A DNA stretch of 64,000 bases from Candidatus Sungbacteria bacterium RIFCSPLOWO2_01_FULL_47_32 (GTDB lineage Bacteria; Patescibacteriota; Minisyncoccia; Sungbacterales; GWA2-42-14), in the NCBI GenBank assembly GCA_001820685.1, contig MHQP01000009.1, positions 808 through 64,807 of the forward strand. The letters are read 5' to 3'. Below the pieces are notes generated by a model. That model saw only the letters and a list, made by a program, of their open reading frames with translations. It was not told where the DNA came from and made no database searches. Shown piece after piece: positions 8,501 to 17,528 of the stretch. The translations under genes and the position numbers were made by a program. Positions within the stretch are counted from its first letter, which is position 1, and each line of letters begins with the position of its first letter.

Positions 8501-9085
8501 GGATTAAGAAAACACTGCGGATTCAAAGAAAAATCCGTGCATCTTTCCGGGTGGCCAAAGACGGAGTTAAGAGTTAAGAATGAAGAATTAAGAATTATTA
8601 AGGAGATGAAAATGGTGCGTGGGGTGGTTGCGGAAGCGCTGAAACTTCGGGCGAGTGTCGGAATAAAGGTGAGACAGCCTCTCGCTTCACTTCAATTCCC
8701 AATTTCCAAACTCAAATTTCAAAACACGAAAGAACTTTTCAGCCTAATAAGAGAAGAAGTAAATGTAAAAGAAGTTATTGACGGAAAAGAATTGAAACTC
8801 GATACCGTGATAACTCCCGAACTGAAAGAAGAAGGGGTTGCCAGGGAGGTTATACGAAACCTTCAGGAGATGAGAAAAGATCTTGGGCTTGAGCCGAAAA
8901 ACAAGATTCGCGCGCAGTTTTCATCTTCTTCGGAGCTTGAAGAGCTACTCTCGCGGCGGGAAAAGTTCATCAAAGAAGAGGCCGGAGCTACCCTCCTGGT
9001 TTTCGGCGGAAAAAAAGTATTTAAAGGAGAACACGAAGTTTTGGTAGACGGCGTGACACTTTGGATTGGGATTAGCCGGCAGTAA
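5600..9085 (+). CDS. ileS: isoleucyl-tRNA synthetase, type 2, with an inserted histidine-phosphatase (PGAM-like) domain
   Basis: [32 protein letters not shown] aligns with type-2 IleS PPTANG.PHVGH...KD..[20 protein letters not shown]. CP1 editing domain. [24 protein letters not shown]. KMSKS. Residues ~485-690 ([13 protein letters not shown] ... ILIVSHEYP) are a histidine phosphatase domain inserted between QCEGCG and CPKC. Confidence 0.9.
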   Translation: [1161 protein letters not shown]

Positions 9086-9141
9086 ACGCTAATAAATGAG
9101 CGCGGAAGTTAGTTTTACAAGGAAGTATTTAAAAAAGAGGA

Positions 9142-9166
9142 AAGCGGATAAATCCGCTTTTTTCTT
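9142..9166 (+). terminator. intrinsic terminator after ileS
   Basis: Hairpin agcggataaatccgct followed by tttttc. Confidence 0.6.
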
Positions 9167-9186
9167 TTGTATAAAAATGCGATAAT

Positions 9187-9729
9187 ATGGATATGCATTT
9201 TACCGACGGCATCATTTTAAAAAAAGACCAATACCGCGAAGCGGATTTCCTTATTACTGTTCTTACGAAAGATTTTGGAAAAATCCGGCTTGCGGCTCGT
9301 GGCGTTAGGAAGCAGGAGGCAAAACTTCGCGGGCATATTGAGGTTCTCATGCGTTCTTTTTTCGGGTTTGTTCTCACAAAAAGCGGGTACCGGCTAACCT
9401 CTGCCGATATGAAGGAATGCTATCCGAACATTCGTTCGCACCCCGAGCTCATGCGCGCGACATACTCTGTTTTCCGGCTGATTGATGCAAACACGTTTGA
9501 GGAGAGAGAAGACCCCCGCCTTTTTGAAATAACGTTGGCATTTCTTTTGGAGATGGAACGCGGGGACGACGTAACTCCCGAGGCTCTCAATGCCTGTTTA
9601 TACCGCTTTTATGCCTTGTTTCTTGATATTTCAGGGCTTCTTCCGGACCCCACCCCTCTTGAGACATCCGCTATCGACGCGATACTCGCAACACACCTTG
9701 GATTTAAAACGGAAACACTTCTGATATAA
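9187..9729 (+). CDS. recO: DNA repair protein RecO (short, 180 aa)
   Basis: N-terminal OB fold: GIILKKDQYREADFLITVLTKDFGKIRLAARGVRK. Typical RecO is ~240 aa, so the C-terminal region looks reduced. Confidence 0.65.
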   Translation: MDMHFTDGIILKKDQYREADFLITVLTKDFGKIRLAARGVRKQEAKLRGHIEVLMRSFFGFVLTKSGYRLTSADMKECYPNIRSHPELMRATYSVFRLIDANTFEEREDPRLFEITLAFLLEMERGDDVTPEALNACLYRFYALFLDISGLLPDPTPLETSAIDAILATHLGFKTETLLI

Positions 9730-9743
9730 TAGAAGGAGCAAGT

Positions 9744-11681
9744 TTGGATACTCATATGCCAGAAAAAATAAACGAACTTAAAGAAAAACTATACTCACGC
9801 GAAGGTCCGGGAGAACGCAAACCCGCAGACGAATTGCACGAGGTACATCGTTCACGCGAGGAAAAGGCAAAAACGCGGTGGGAAGAAGAGGGCGCGAGCC
9901 TTCCCGGGAAAATTCTTCAGCGGGAAGAAGCGGAAGCCAAACCGAAGCGTTCAAAACTTTTCATCGCGGTCATGGTGGTATCCCTCATTTTGCTTTTGGG
10001 AGCGGGCAGTTTTATTTTTTATAGTCTCTACTACAAAAAGAGCGGAGTTTCGCTTGAACTCATCGGAAAAGATACGGTGGAGGCCGGAGACGCGGAGGTG
10101 TGGGTTGTTATCGTCCGGAACGAAGGAGACATCCCGCTGATAAAAAACGAACTCACATTTGCCTATCCAAAAGGAGCTATTCCTCTCGCGGGGGGGGCGA
10201 CAGATCCGTCCGTTCTTCATCCAAAGATATTGATAGATTCAATACAGCCTCGCGAAGAAAAGAGGTTTGAATTTACCGCGCGCCTTTTCGGAAGTGCCGA
10301 CGAGAAAAAAATAGCCGACGCTGGCCTCATCTATCGTCCCGAAAATGTTTCTTCGCGCCTCACAAAACGGGCAAGCTTTAAAACTTCCATTTCACGGGTT
10401 CCGTTCGCTATCGCATATACTGTTTCCCCGGAAATTGTTGGAGGACAAGCTGTCTCGTTTACAGTCGATATAACGTCAAGCTCCAAAGCAACATTCGAAA
10501 ACATGTATGTGAGGATTGATTATCCAGCCGGGTTCCAGTTTGCGTCTGCGGAAGCGGCTCCGGATATTGAGAAGAACATCTGGAGGCTCGGGAATATTTC
10601 GCCAGGGGAGACGCGGCGTATTACCGTTCACGGAACGCTTGCCGGTACACCTGAAGAATTAAAGCCTATTATTGCAAGTTTCGGAGAATATAACCCCGAT
10701 ACGCGCCAATGGAAAGTCTACCTTGAAGGAAGAGGAGAGACTCGCATTTCTTCTCCTCCTCTTTTTGTCCGCCACGAGGTAAATGGGGGAGCGACACATA
10801 CCGGTAGTTTTGGAGATAATATTCAATTCCGGATATTTTATAAAAATACGCTCGGTGTTCTACTGAAAGATGTTTTTATCCGGACAAAAATAAGCGAGGG
10901 CCTCTTAAACATGCGCCAGCTTCATCCCCAATTCGGATTTTACGACGGGCAGACGCACGAAATAGTCTGGAACGCGGCTTCTAACCCGGAACTCAAAGAA
11001 GTTCTTCCCGGAGTAGAGAAAAGCGTTTTCTTTTCCGTCACAACACTTCCTACTCCGCCCGTGCACCAGCCCTCCGATAAAAATTTTGTTCTTGATGTTC
11101 ACACGCGTATCAACACACGGACCGTTCCAAAAGAATATTCCGGCATCAAAATAGAATACGAAAACACTCTTTCGATCAAAATGAAGTCGCGTCTGACACT
11201 TTCTTCTAAATCGATATTCTATGACTCTCCTTTAGGTCCGAATATTGGGAAACTTCCTCCGCGCTCAAACCAGGAAACTGGCTACACCATCCTTATGCAG
11301 GTCGTAAATACCTCAAGCGACCTTAAAGATGCGAAGGTTATGTTCGCGTTACCTGGCAATGTTCGCTGGACGGGCCAGCTAGCGGGGGACAAGACCGAAC
11401 GGGTAAACTACAATCTTTCATCAGGGGAAGCAAGCTGGAATATTGGTGACCTTCCGGCTGGCACCGGCGTTCTGAAGCCTCCGCTCCTTCTTGCGTTCAA
11501 CGTGGTACTGACACCGGGAGCCGATAGCATCGGACAGACCACGATCCTTATAAAGGATATTGCCATTACGGGAACAGATACATTTGCCGGGACAGATTTA
11601 AAAGCGGCAAATAGCGACATTACAACGAGTCTCCAGCAGGATCCGAAAGCGAAAAATTCCGATTGGGCGGTTGGTGAGTAA
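9744..11681 (+). CDS. hypothetical membrane-anchored extracellular protein with beta-sandwich-like repeats (645 aa)
   Basis: Charged N-terminus, then TM FIAVMVVSLILLLGAGSFIFYSL. Long beta-rich body of the DUF11/CARDB-like style. No enzymatic motif. Confidence 0.6.
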   Translation: MDTHMPEKINELKEKLYSREGPGERKPADELHEVHRSREEKAKTRWEEEGASLPGKILQREEAEAKPKRSKLFIAVMVVSLILLLGAGSFIFYSLYYKKSGVSLELIGKDTVEAGDAEVWVVIVRNEGDIPLIKNELTFAYPKGAIPLAGGATDPSVLHPKILIDSIQPREEKRFEFTARLFGSADEKKIADAGLIYRPENVSSRLTKRASFKTSISRVPFAIAYTVSPEIVGGQAVSFTVDITSSSKATFENMYVRIDYPAGFQFASAEAAPDIEKNIWRLGNISPGETRRITVHGTLAGTPEELKPIIASFGEYNPDTRQWKVYLEGRGETRISSPPLFVRHEVNGGATHTGSFGDNIQFRIFYKNTLGVLLKDVFIRTKISEGLLNMRQLHPQFGFYDGQTHEIVWNAASNPELKEVLPGVEKSVFFSVTTLPTPPVHQPSDKNFVLDVHTRINTRTVPKEYSGIKIEYENTLSIKMKSRLTLSSKSIFYDSPLGPNIGKLPPRSNQETGYTILMQVVNTSSDLKDAKVMFALPGNVRWTGQLAGDKTERVNYNLSSGEASWNIGDLPAGTGVLKPPLLLAFNVVLTPGADSIGQTTILIKDIAITGTDTFAGTDLKAANSDITTSLQQDPKAKNSDWAVGE

Positions 11682-11771
11682 AAAAGAGGAAAAACAGTGT
11701 TTTCACGCTGTTTTTCTGTTCTTGCAATTGCCTGCCAAAAGGAATACTATATACGTACATTAGGCGTTTTT

Positions 11772-13121
11772 ATGGAAGAAAAAGCAAAAAAACAGAAAAC
11801 GAATGAGCCTGTGTCTCCTCTTATGGAGCGTCTCGTAAGTCTCGCAAAGCGCCGAGGCTTTATTTATGCAGGCTCCGAAATTTATGGAGGGCTTGGCGGA
11901 ACATGGGACTACGGTCCTCTCGGGGTTGAGCTTAAAAATAATATCAAAAAAGAGTGGTGGAAGAGATTTGTTTCATACAGGCGAGACATGTACGGCATTG
12001 ATTCTTCCATTCTCATGAACTCAAAAGTATGGGAAGCATCGGGGCATCTGAAAAATTTCGTCGACCCGATGGTGGATTGCAAGAAGTGCAAAGGAAGATT
12101 TCGGGCTGATAAAATTGATGTTTCAAGCGGCTGTCCTACGTGCGGAGCAAAAGACTTTACCGAAGCGCGCCCGTTCAATATGATGTTCAAAACGCACGCG
12201 GGGCCGGTTGAAGATTCCGGTGCTGAGGTTTATTTGCGTCCGGAAACCGCGCAGGGCATGTTCGTCAATTTTAAGAACGTCATTGATTCATTCCATCCGA
12301 AGCTCCCGTTCGGCATAGCACAGATAGGGAAAGCATTCAGAAATGAAATTACTCCCGGAAATTTTATTTTTAGGACGCGCGAATTTGAGCAGATGGAAAT
12401 AGAATATTTTATAAAACCTGGCGGATGGGAGAGTCAGTTTGATTATTGGCTCGGCGAAATGAGAAAATGGACGGAGTTTCTCGGAATTGCGAAAGGCGTT
12501 TCGGAGCGGGAGGTTTCTGCCGAAGACCGCGCGCATTACTCGAAGCGCACGATTGATATTGATTTCGAATTTCCGTTCGGGAAAGAAGAACTCTACGGCC
12601 TTGCGTATCGAACCGACTTTGACCTTAAAAACCATATAGAAAAATCCGGCATTGACCTTGTGTACTATAATGAAGAAACAAAAAAAAAGCTCGTACCGCA
12701 CGTTATTGAGCCGACATTCGGGGTAGACAGAACGATGCTCGCGGTTCTTCTCAATTCGTTCGCGGAAGAAGAGGTAAAAGAAGGCGAGATACGCGCGGTT
12801 TTGAAATTTCCCGCGCGTCTTGCTCCCGTAAAAGTCGCGGTTTTCCCGCTTGTCTCAAACAAAGAAAATATCCTTGCCAAGGCCGAAGAAGTGCATGGCA
12901 GGCTGAAAGAATCAATAGACAGCGTACGATGGGACGATATCGGAAACATCGGAAAGAGATATCGAAGACAAGACGAGATAGGAACACCGTGGTGCGTTAC
13001 TGTGGACTATCAAACACTTGAGGACGGAACAGTTACGGTGCGGGATAGGGATACAATGAAGCAAGAGCGAATTGCGGCGGGTGAACTAGCCGGCTATTTT
13101 CACAAGAAGTTAAGTCAATAA
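11772..13121 (+). CDS. glyQS: glycyl-tRNA synthetase (alpha2 class II type)
   Basis: MERLVSLAKRRGFIYAGSEIYGGLGGTWDYGPLG is the class II GlyRS N-terminus. Anticodon-binding domain at the C-terminus. Met 26 of the track ORF. Confidence 0.9.
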   Translation: MEEKAKKQKTNEPVSPLMERLVSLAKRRGFIYAGSEIYGGLGGTWDYGPLGVELKNNIKKEWWKRFVSYRRDMYGIDSSILMNSKVWEASGHLKNFVDPMVDCKKCKGRFRADKIDVSSGCPTCGAKDFTEARPFNMMFKTHAGPVEDSGAEVYLRPETAQGMFVNFKNVIDSFHPKLPFGIAQIGKAFRNEITPGNFIFRTREFEQMEIEYFIKPGGWESQFDYWLGEMRKWTEFLGIAKGVSEREVSAEDRAHYSKRTIDIDFEFPFGKEELYGLAYRTDFDLKNHIEKSGIDLVYYNEETKKKLVPHVIEPTFGVDRTMLAVLLNSFAEEEVKEGEIRAVLKFPARLAPVKVAVFPLVSNKENILAKAEEVHGRLKESIDSVRWDDIGNIGKRYRRQDEIGTPWCVTVDYQTLEDGTVTVRDRDTMKQERIAAGELAGYFHKKLSQ

Positions 13122-13151
13122 TTTTAAGTACTTTTTCCGCCCAGGGCGGAG

Positions 13152-14480
13152 TTGCCTCTGACAGAAAGGTTTAAATTAAAATTTAAAATTGAAAAATTAA
13201 AACTTTCAACTGTGTTTAAAAAAACTGTACTTCCAAACGGGCTTCGCATCATTACTGCTCCGATGCAGGGAACGAACACCATCACGGTGCTGGTGCTTTG
13301 CGGAACCGGATCAGACTATGAATCAAACGACATTCGCGGCATGTCCCATTTTCTTGAACATATGTTTTTTAAGGGCACAACCAAGCGTCCGAAGCAGGAA
13401 ATGATAACCGAAGAACTTACGTCAATGGGGTCGCTCCACAACGCGTTCACGGGGCACGAGATGACGGGATACTATATCAAGGCCGGGAAAACCTATCTTG
13501 AGCAGTCGTTAGAAATCCTTTCCGATATGTACCAAAATTCAGTTTTTCCCGCGGAGGAAATAGAGCGGGAGAAGCAAGTTATTATTGAGGAGATGCACGA
13601 TGACCATGACACCCCCACTACGTATATCTGGTGGATATGGGAGGAGCTACTTTATGGCGACCAGCCTGCGGGATGGCATATTATGGGCAAAGAAAACATC
13701 ATCCGAGGTTTTAAGCGGGACGACTTTGTGAACTATTTTTATCACCAATATGTTTCTTCCAATACGGCCATAGTCGTTGCTGGGAATTTTGACGAAGCAA
13801 AGACCACCGAGCTTATAAAAAGTCTTTTTGGAAATCTGAGGAGCGAGCTTCCTATTCGCATGAAGCCCTTCGTTAAAGAAGTGCAGACGGCTCCTATATC
13901 AAGCATTGTTGTCAAAAAAACTGATCAAACGCACATAACGCTCGGATTTCGGGGACTTCCGGCAAATCATCCCGACCGGTATGCGGCTGATATTCTCGGA
14001 TTTATTCTTGGAGGGGGAATGTCTTCCCGCATGTTTCAGCGCATACGCGAAAAAATGGGTCTTGCCTACACCGTGCATACCCAGCACGAAAGCTCTTCTA
14101 ACCGCGGCAGTCTCGTTACCTATGCCGGAGTGGATCATACGAATACGGAGCGTGCCATTTCGGCGATGCTTGAAGAGTATAGGCGCATTACAGCCGACCG
14201 TGTGCCTGATGCCGAGTTGAAGCGCGTTAAGGACTATGTGAAGGGAACAACGCTTATTTTTCTCGAGGCCTCAAATGCCGTCGCCGACTTTATCGCAAAT
14301 GAAGAGATTTTAACAGGAAAACCGTTGACAATCGACGAAATTTTTGCTAAAATAGAAAGTGTTACGCCAAAAGACATCATCTTGATAGCTCAAAAGCTCA
14401 TCAGAAACGATACTCTGAATCTTGCTATTCTTGGTCCGCACGAGGACAAGGAAAAGTTTGAACCCCTTTTAAAACTCTAA
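13152..14480 (+). CDS. M16 family zinc peptidase (insulinase/pitrilysin-like)
   Basis: HxxEH zinc motif in GMSHFLEHMFFKGT. N-terminal KKTVLPNGLRII. The track start is TTG, so the start is uncertain. Confidence 0.75.
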   Translation: MPLTERFKLKFKIEKLKLSTVFKKTVLPNGLRIITAPMQGTNTITVLVLCGTGSDYESNDIRGMSHFLEHMFFKGTTKRPKQEMITEELTSMGSLHNAFTGHEMTGYYIKAGKTYLEQSLEILSDMYQNSVFPAEEIEREKQVIIEEMHDDHDTPTTYIWWIWEELLYGDQPAGWHIMGKENIIRGFKRDDFVNYFYHQYVSSNTAIVVAGNFDEAKTTELIKSLFGNLRSELPIRMKPFVKEVQTAPISSIVVKKTDQTHITLGFRGLPANHPDRYAADILGFILGGGMSSRMFQRIREKMGLAYTVHTQHESSSNRGSLVTYAGVDHTNTERAISAMLEEYRRITADRVPDAELKRVKDYVKGTTLIFLEASNAVADFIANEEILTGKPLTIDEIFAKIESVTPKDIILIAQKLIRNDTLNLAILGPHEDKEKFEPLLKL

Positions 14481-14533
14481 GCAAAAAGGAGCGGCCATTA
14501 AAAAACGCGTCGCTCTTTTCAGAAACAATTTCC

Positions 14534-15601
14534 ATGCCGACAAAACAACCTACTCATCCGATAGATATTTCTTACAAAGTGTTCGTCAAGTTCTTTTTGG
14601 TTGTGGGGACCGCGGTTATCCTCTACATCGTCTCTGACATACTCGTGTCCGTTTTTTTTGCCGTAGTTATCGCATCCGCTATTGAGCCTGCAATTCTTTG
14701 GTTCAAGCGGTATAAGGTTCCACGGGTTCTCGGGGTTATTATCATTTATTTGACGGTACTTTTGATATTTACGGGAATCTTTTTATTGCTTATTCCGATT
14801 CTTGTTGATGAATACCGGTCTTTCGACTCTGCCATTATTGCCACGTATCAGGCGCGTCTTTTCAGCGAGCTCAGGACACTTAATAACGTCCCATTTTTTG
14901 GTTTTTTGTCGGATAACGCCGAGCTCGTTATCGAGAACGGCTATACCCAGATAGGGCAGATAACCGGGAGCGCTGTGGGAGTTGCGTCAGCGATATTTGG
15001 AGGGCTTTTTTCGCTTATTATTCTTGCTGTTGTTTCTTTTTATCTTGCCGCGCAAGAAGAGGGAATAGAAAATTTTTTGAGACTGGTAACACCGCTTGAG
15101 TATGAAACCTACATCATCGATCTATGGACGCGCTCTCAAATAAAAATGGGGCAATGGCTGAGAGCACAGCTTCTGTTGGGCGTTCTTATTGGTGTCATGG
15201 TCTTCATCAGCTTAACGCTCCTCGGGGTGCAATATGCGCTCCTTCTTGCGATTCTCGCGGTTATGTTTGAGATCATACCGATCATCGGCCCGATACTTGC
15301 GGCGGCCCCAGGCGTATTCATGGCATTTCTGCAAACTCCTCTTCTTGGCCTTATTACGGTAATTGTGTATTTCTTCATTCAACAAATAGAATCGCATCTC
15401 ATTGTTCCTGTCGTTATGAAGCGAGCTATAGGGCTAAATCCGCTTGTTGTGATTATTGCTCTTCTTGTCGGTGCCAAGCTCGGAGGGATTCTTGGGCTTT
15501 TGATTGCTGTTCCGCTTGCATCCGCCCTTGTTGAGTTTGTCGTTGATATTGATAAAAAAAAGAGAGGCCTCTTTCAAGAAGCCCACCCGACCGTTGTTTA
15601 G
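14534..15601 (+). CDS. AI-2E family (PerM/UPF0118) transporter
   Basis: Roughly 8 TM helices. Architecture and motifs are typical of AI-2E proteins. Confidence 0.6.
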   Translation: MPTKQPTHPIDISYKVFVKFFLVVGTAVILYIVSDILVSVFFAVVIASAIEPAILWFKRYKVPRVLGVIIIYLTVLLIFTGIFLLLIPILVDEYRSFDSAIIATYQARLFSELRTLNNVPFFGFLSDNAELVIENGYTQIGQITGSAVGVASAIFGGLFSLIILAVVSFYLAAQEEGIENFLRLVTPLEYETYIIDLWTRSQIKMGQWLRAQLLLGVLIGVMVFISLTLLGVQYALLLAILAVMFEIIPIIGPILAAAPGVFMAFLQTPLLGLITVIVYFFIQQIESHLIVPVVMKRAIGLNPLVVIIALLVGAKLGGILGLLIAVPLASALVEFVVDIDKKKRGLFQEAHPTVV

Positions 15602-15619
15602 CTTTAATTTTTTCTTTGG

Positions 15620-16144
15620 CTAGAGCGACGCGAAGAAAAGCGCACACCCAAGGATGAATACTTGGAATATCTTTCCTGCTAAAACAAGTTTCGGACCGAC
15701 ATATTCTTTCCGCAAAATAAGGTTTGAGTGCATAAAGTTATGGAACTTCTTCAGTAGTGTGAAGGGGTTATTTTTTTTCCAAAGCCAAAAAATCGGCTGA
15801 AGCATGTCGGGGAGAATGCCGCCGAGGATGGTAAGCGCGACCGGCAATAGTCCGGCAAACGTCAGTTCCGGACGCAGAAGAATAAATGAGAGAGTTGACC
15901 CGATTGTAATATCAAATGCTACTTTTAAGAGGTCATACCCGATAAGCTTCGGGTCGTTTTTCAGAGTATGATCCCGTTTTTCGCTCGTATCCTCATTCAC
16001 CGAACATAGGTGATAGTCCCAGTGGGGGATAGCATCTGCGGCATAATGCGAAAGAAAAGCGAAAAGAAAAATGAAAAAAGGATGTGCCCTCATAATGGGT
16101 TTTGTAACAGCTGTTGCTATGGCAATGTGGGTGGTGAGGGTCAT
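15620..16144 (-). CDS. membrane-bound metal-dependent hydrolase, YdjM/DUF457-like
   Basis: LSHYAADAIPHWDY. Several His/Asp residues sit in TM helices. Confidence 0.45.
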   Translation of the reverse strand: MTLTTHIAIATAVTKPIMRAHPFFIFLFAFLSHYAADAIPHWDYHLCSVNEDTSEKRDHTLKNDPKLIGYDLLKVAFDITIGSTLSFILLRPELTFAGLLPVALTILGGILPDMLQPIFWLWKKNNPFTLLKKFHNFMHSNLILRKEYVGPKLVLAGKIFQVFILGCALFFASL

Positions 16145-16156
16145 ATGGAGAGCACT

Positions 16157-16234
16157 GTGAAAAATTTCTTAACGCCTCTATTATACTATATTTTTTTTGA
16201 CCCCATTGCCAGCCCGATTAAAAAATTTTCCACA
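16157..16234 (+). repeat. dispersed structured repeat, copy C
   Basis: gaaaaatttcttaa-CGCCtctattatactatattttttttGACCCCATTGCCAGCCCGA-ttaaaaaattttcc. Confidence 0.6.
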
Positions 16235-16281
16235 GCGCCTCCTTTTAGTATAGAAAAAAGCGCCACCGGGCGCTTTAGTAT

Positions 16282-16887
16282 TTATCGCTCCTCTTCGGGT
16301 AAGTCAAGGAACTCTTTCATCTCGTAAACCGTCGCTCCGCTTTGGATGAAGAGTGTTCCGTTTTCGTCGAGAAATATTGTCTCCTCAACTTCCAGGTCAA
16401 TGGCAACTATCTCTACTCCGCCCGCGTGAAGCTTCTTTAACGCACCGATGACAGCATCACTTTTTGAAATCTCAATAAAAATCTTTTGGCAGCTTATGGG
16501 GGCGAGCCACTCTTTACATGTGACGTACTTCCGGACCTCAACGGCTTTTGCTTCAAGCTGTTTGTGTCGCTTCTTTGCTTCAGCGGATACCTTGATGAGT
16601 TCTTCAATTCTATCAGGTCGGGGTTCGGCGGGGGGTTTTACTTGCTCTAAGTCTCGGGGGTATGCTTGACCGGAGTATGAGCGGTCCCCTGTATGGTTCT
16701 CTCTCCCTTCTCCATCCATAACTATTTGATATCCTTCGCTATTTCGTTCAGTCGTCTGCGCAGGAGCAGGAGCACTCTTAGCGGTTTCCTGTTTTTTCCC
16801 CTCACAGGCGGAAAGCGATAGAATTAAAGCAAAAATGGCAATACCGCCGCAGAGCCTGACAAGAGACTCATTTGTCGCGTGGGTCAC
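16282..16887 (-). CDS. lipoprotein (GTG start, lipobox LSAC)
   Basis: GTG 16887 with an AAGGA SD 7 nt upstream. Signal peptide THATNESLVRLCGGIAIFALILSLSAC. Confidence 0.55.
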   Translation of the reverse strand: MTHATNESLVRLCGGIAIFALILSLSACEGKKQETAKSAPAPAQTTERNSEGYQIVMDGEGRENHTGDRSYSGQAYPRDLEQVKPPAEPRPDRIEELIKVSAEAKKRHKQLEAKAVEVRKYVTCKEWLAPISCQKIFIEISKSDAVIGALKKLHAGGVEIVAIDLEVEETIFLDENGTLFIQSGATVYEMKEFLDLPEEER

Positions 16888-17007
16888 GATTTTTTCCTTA
16901 TGGTTGAAAGGTGCATAAGATATGTACCATAAAGATATTTTTAGGTCAAGGTTTTTATAAAGCATGCTTCATGGAAATCGGCAGTTACCGTTACGGCACA
17001 AAATACT

Positions 17008-17040
17008 AGGTCAAAACAAAAAAGCGTCCGAAGGCGCTTT
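17008..17040 (-). terminator. possible terminator for the 17043..17498 gene
   Basis: Imperfect hairpin agcgccttcggacgct followed by a T-run on the minus strand. Confidence 0.3.
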
Positions 17041-17042
17041 TG

Positions 17043-17498
17043 TTATTTATACTCCCAATACGGCCAGTAGGGATTGAGTCCGAGGAACTTTCGAATCTCC
17101 GACATATAATAGGCCATATCAGGGCTGATGGAGACTGAACCCCTTTCAACCAATATTCCGTCTCCTCTATAGCCGCTTATTCCTATCACGATACCTCTGT
17201 CGCGCAAAGTCCAAATGACTTTAAGCACGTCAGGATGCCACATGAGTTTTTCAAGAAGCGGTCTGCAGTAGGTGTTTTTTTCTCTTTCAATCATCCAGCA
17301 AATGGTTCCAGTCTGCTTTTCAAGAGTCTTAACAATCTCCTCATTCCTTTTTTCTTCCGCTGCCTGTTCACTTGCGGATTTGATAATTTTATCAATTGTA
17401 TCCGCCGGTTCAGCGGCAAGAGCAATACCTCTGTCGGGGAGCAAAGAAAGAGCGAAAATTCCGGAAACTATAACAAAGAACGTTAGTGTTTCCTTCAT
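17043..17498 (-). CDS. hypothetical secreted protein (151 aa)
   Basis: N-terminal signal peptide MKETLTFFVIVSGIFALSLL. Confidence 0.55.
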   Translation of the reverse strand: MKETLTFFVIVSGIFALSLLPDRGIALAAEPADTIDKIIKSASEQAAEEKRNEEIVKTLEKQTGTICWMIEREKNTYCRPLLEKLMWHPDVLKVIWTLRDRGIVIGISGYRGDGILVERGSVSISPDMAYYMSEIRKFLGLNPYWPYWEYK

Positions 17499-17528
17499 CT
17501 CGGTTCTCCGATATTGGCGGGTTGAAAG

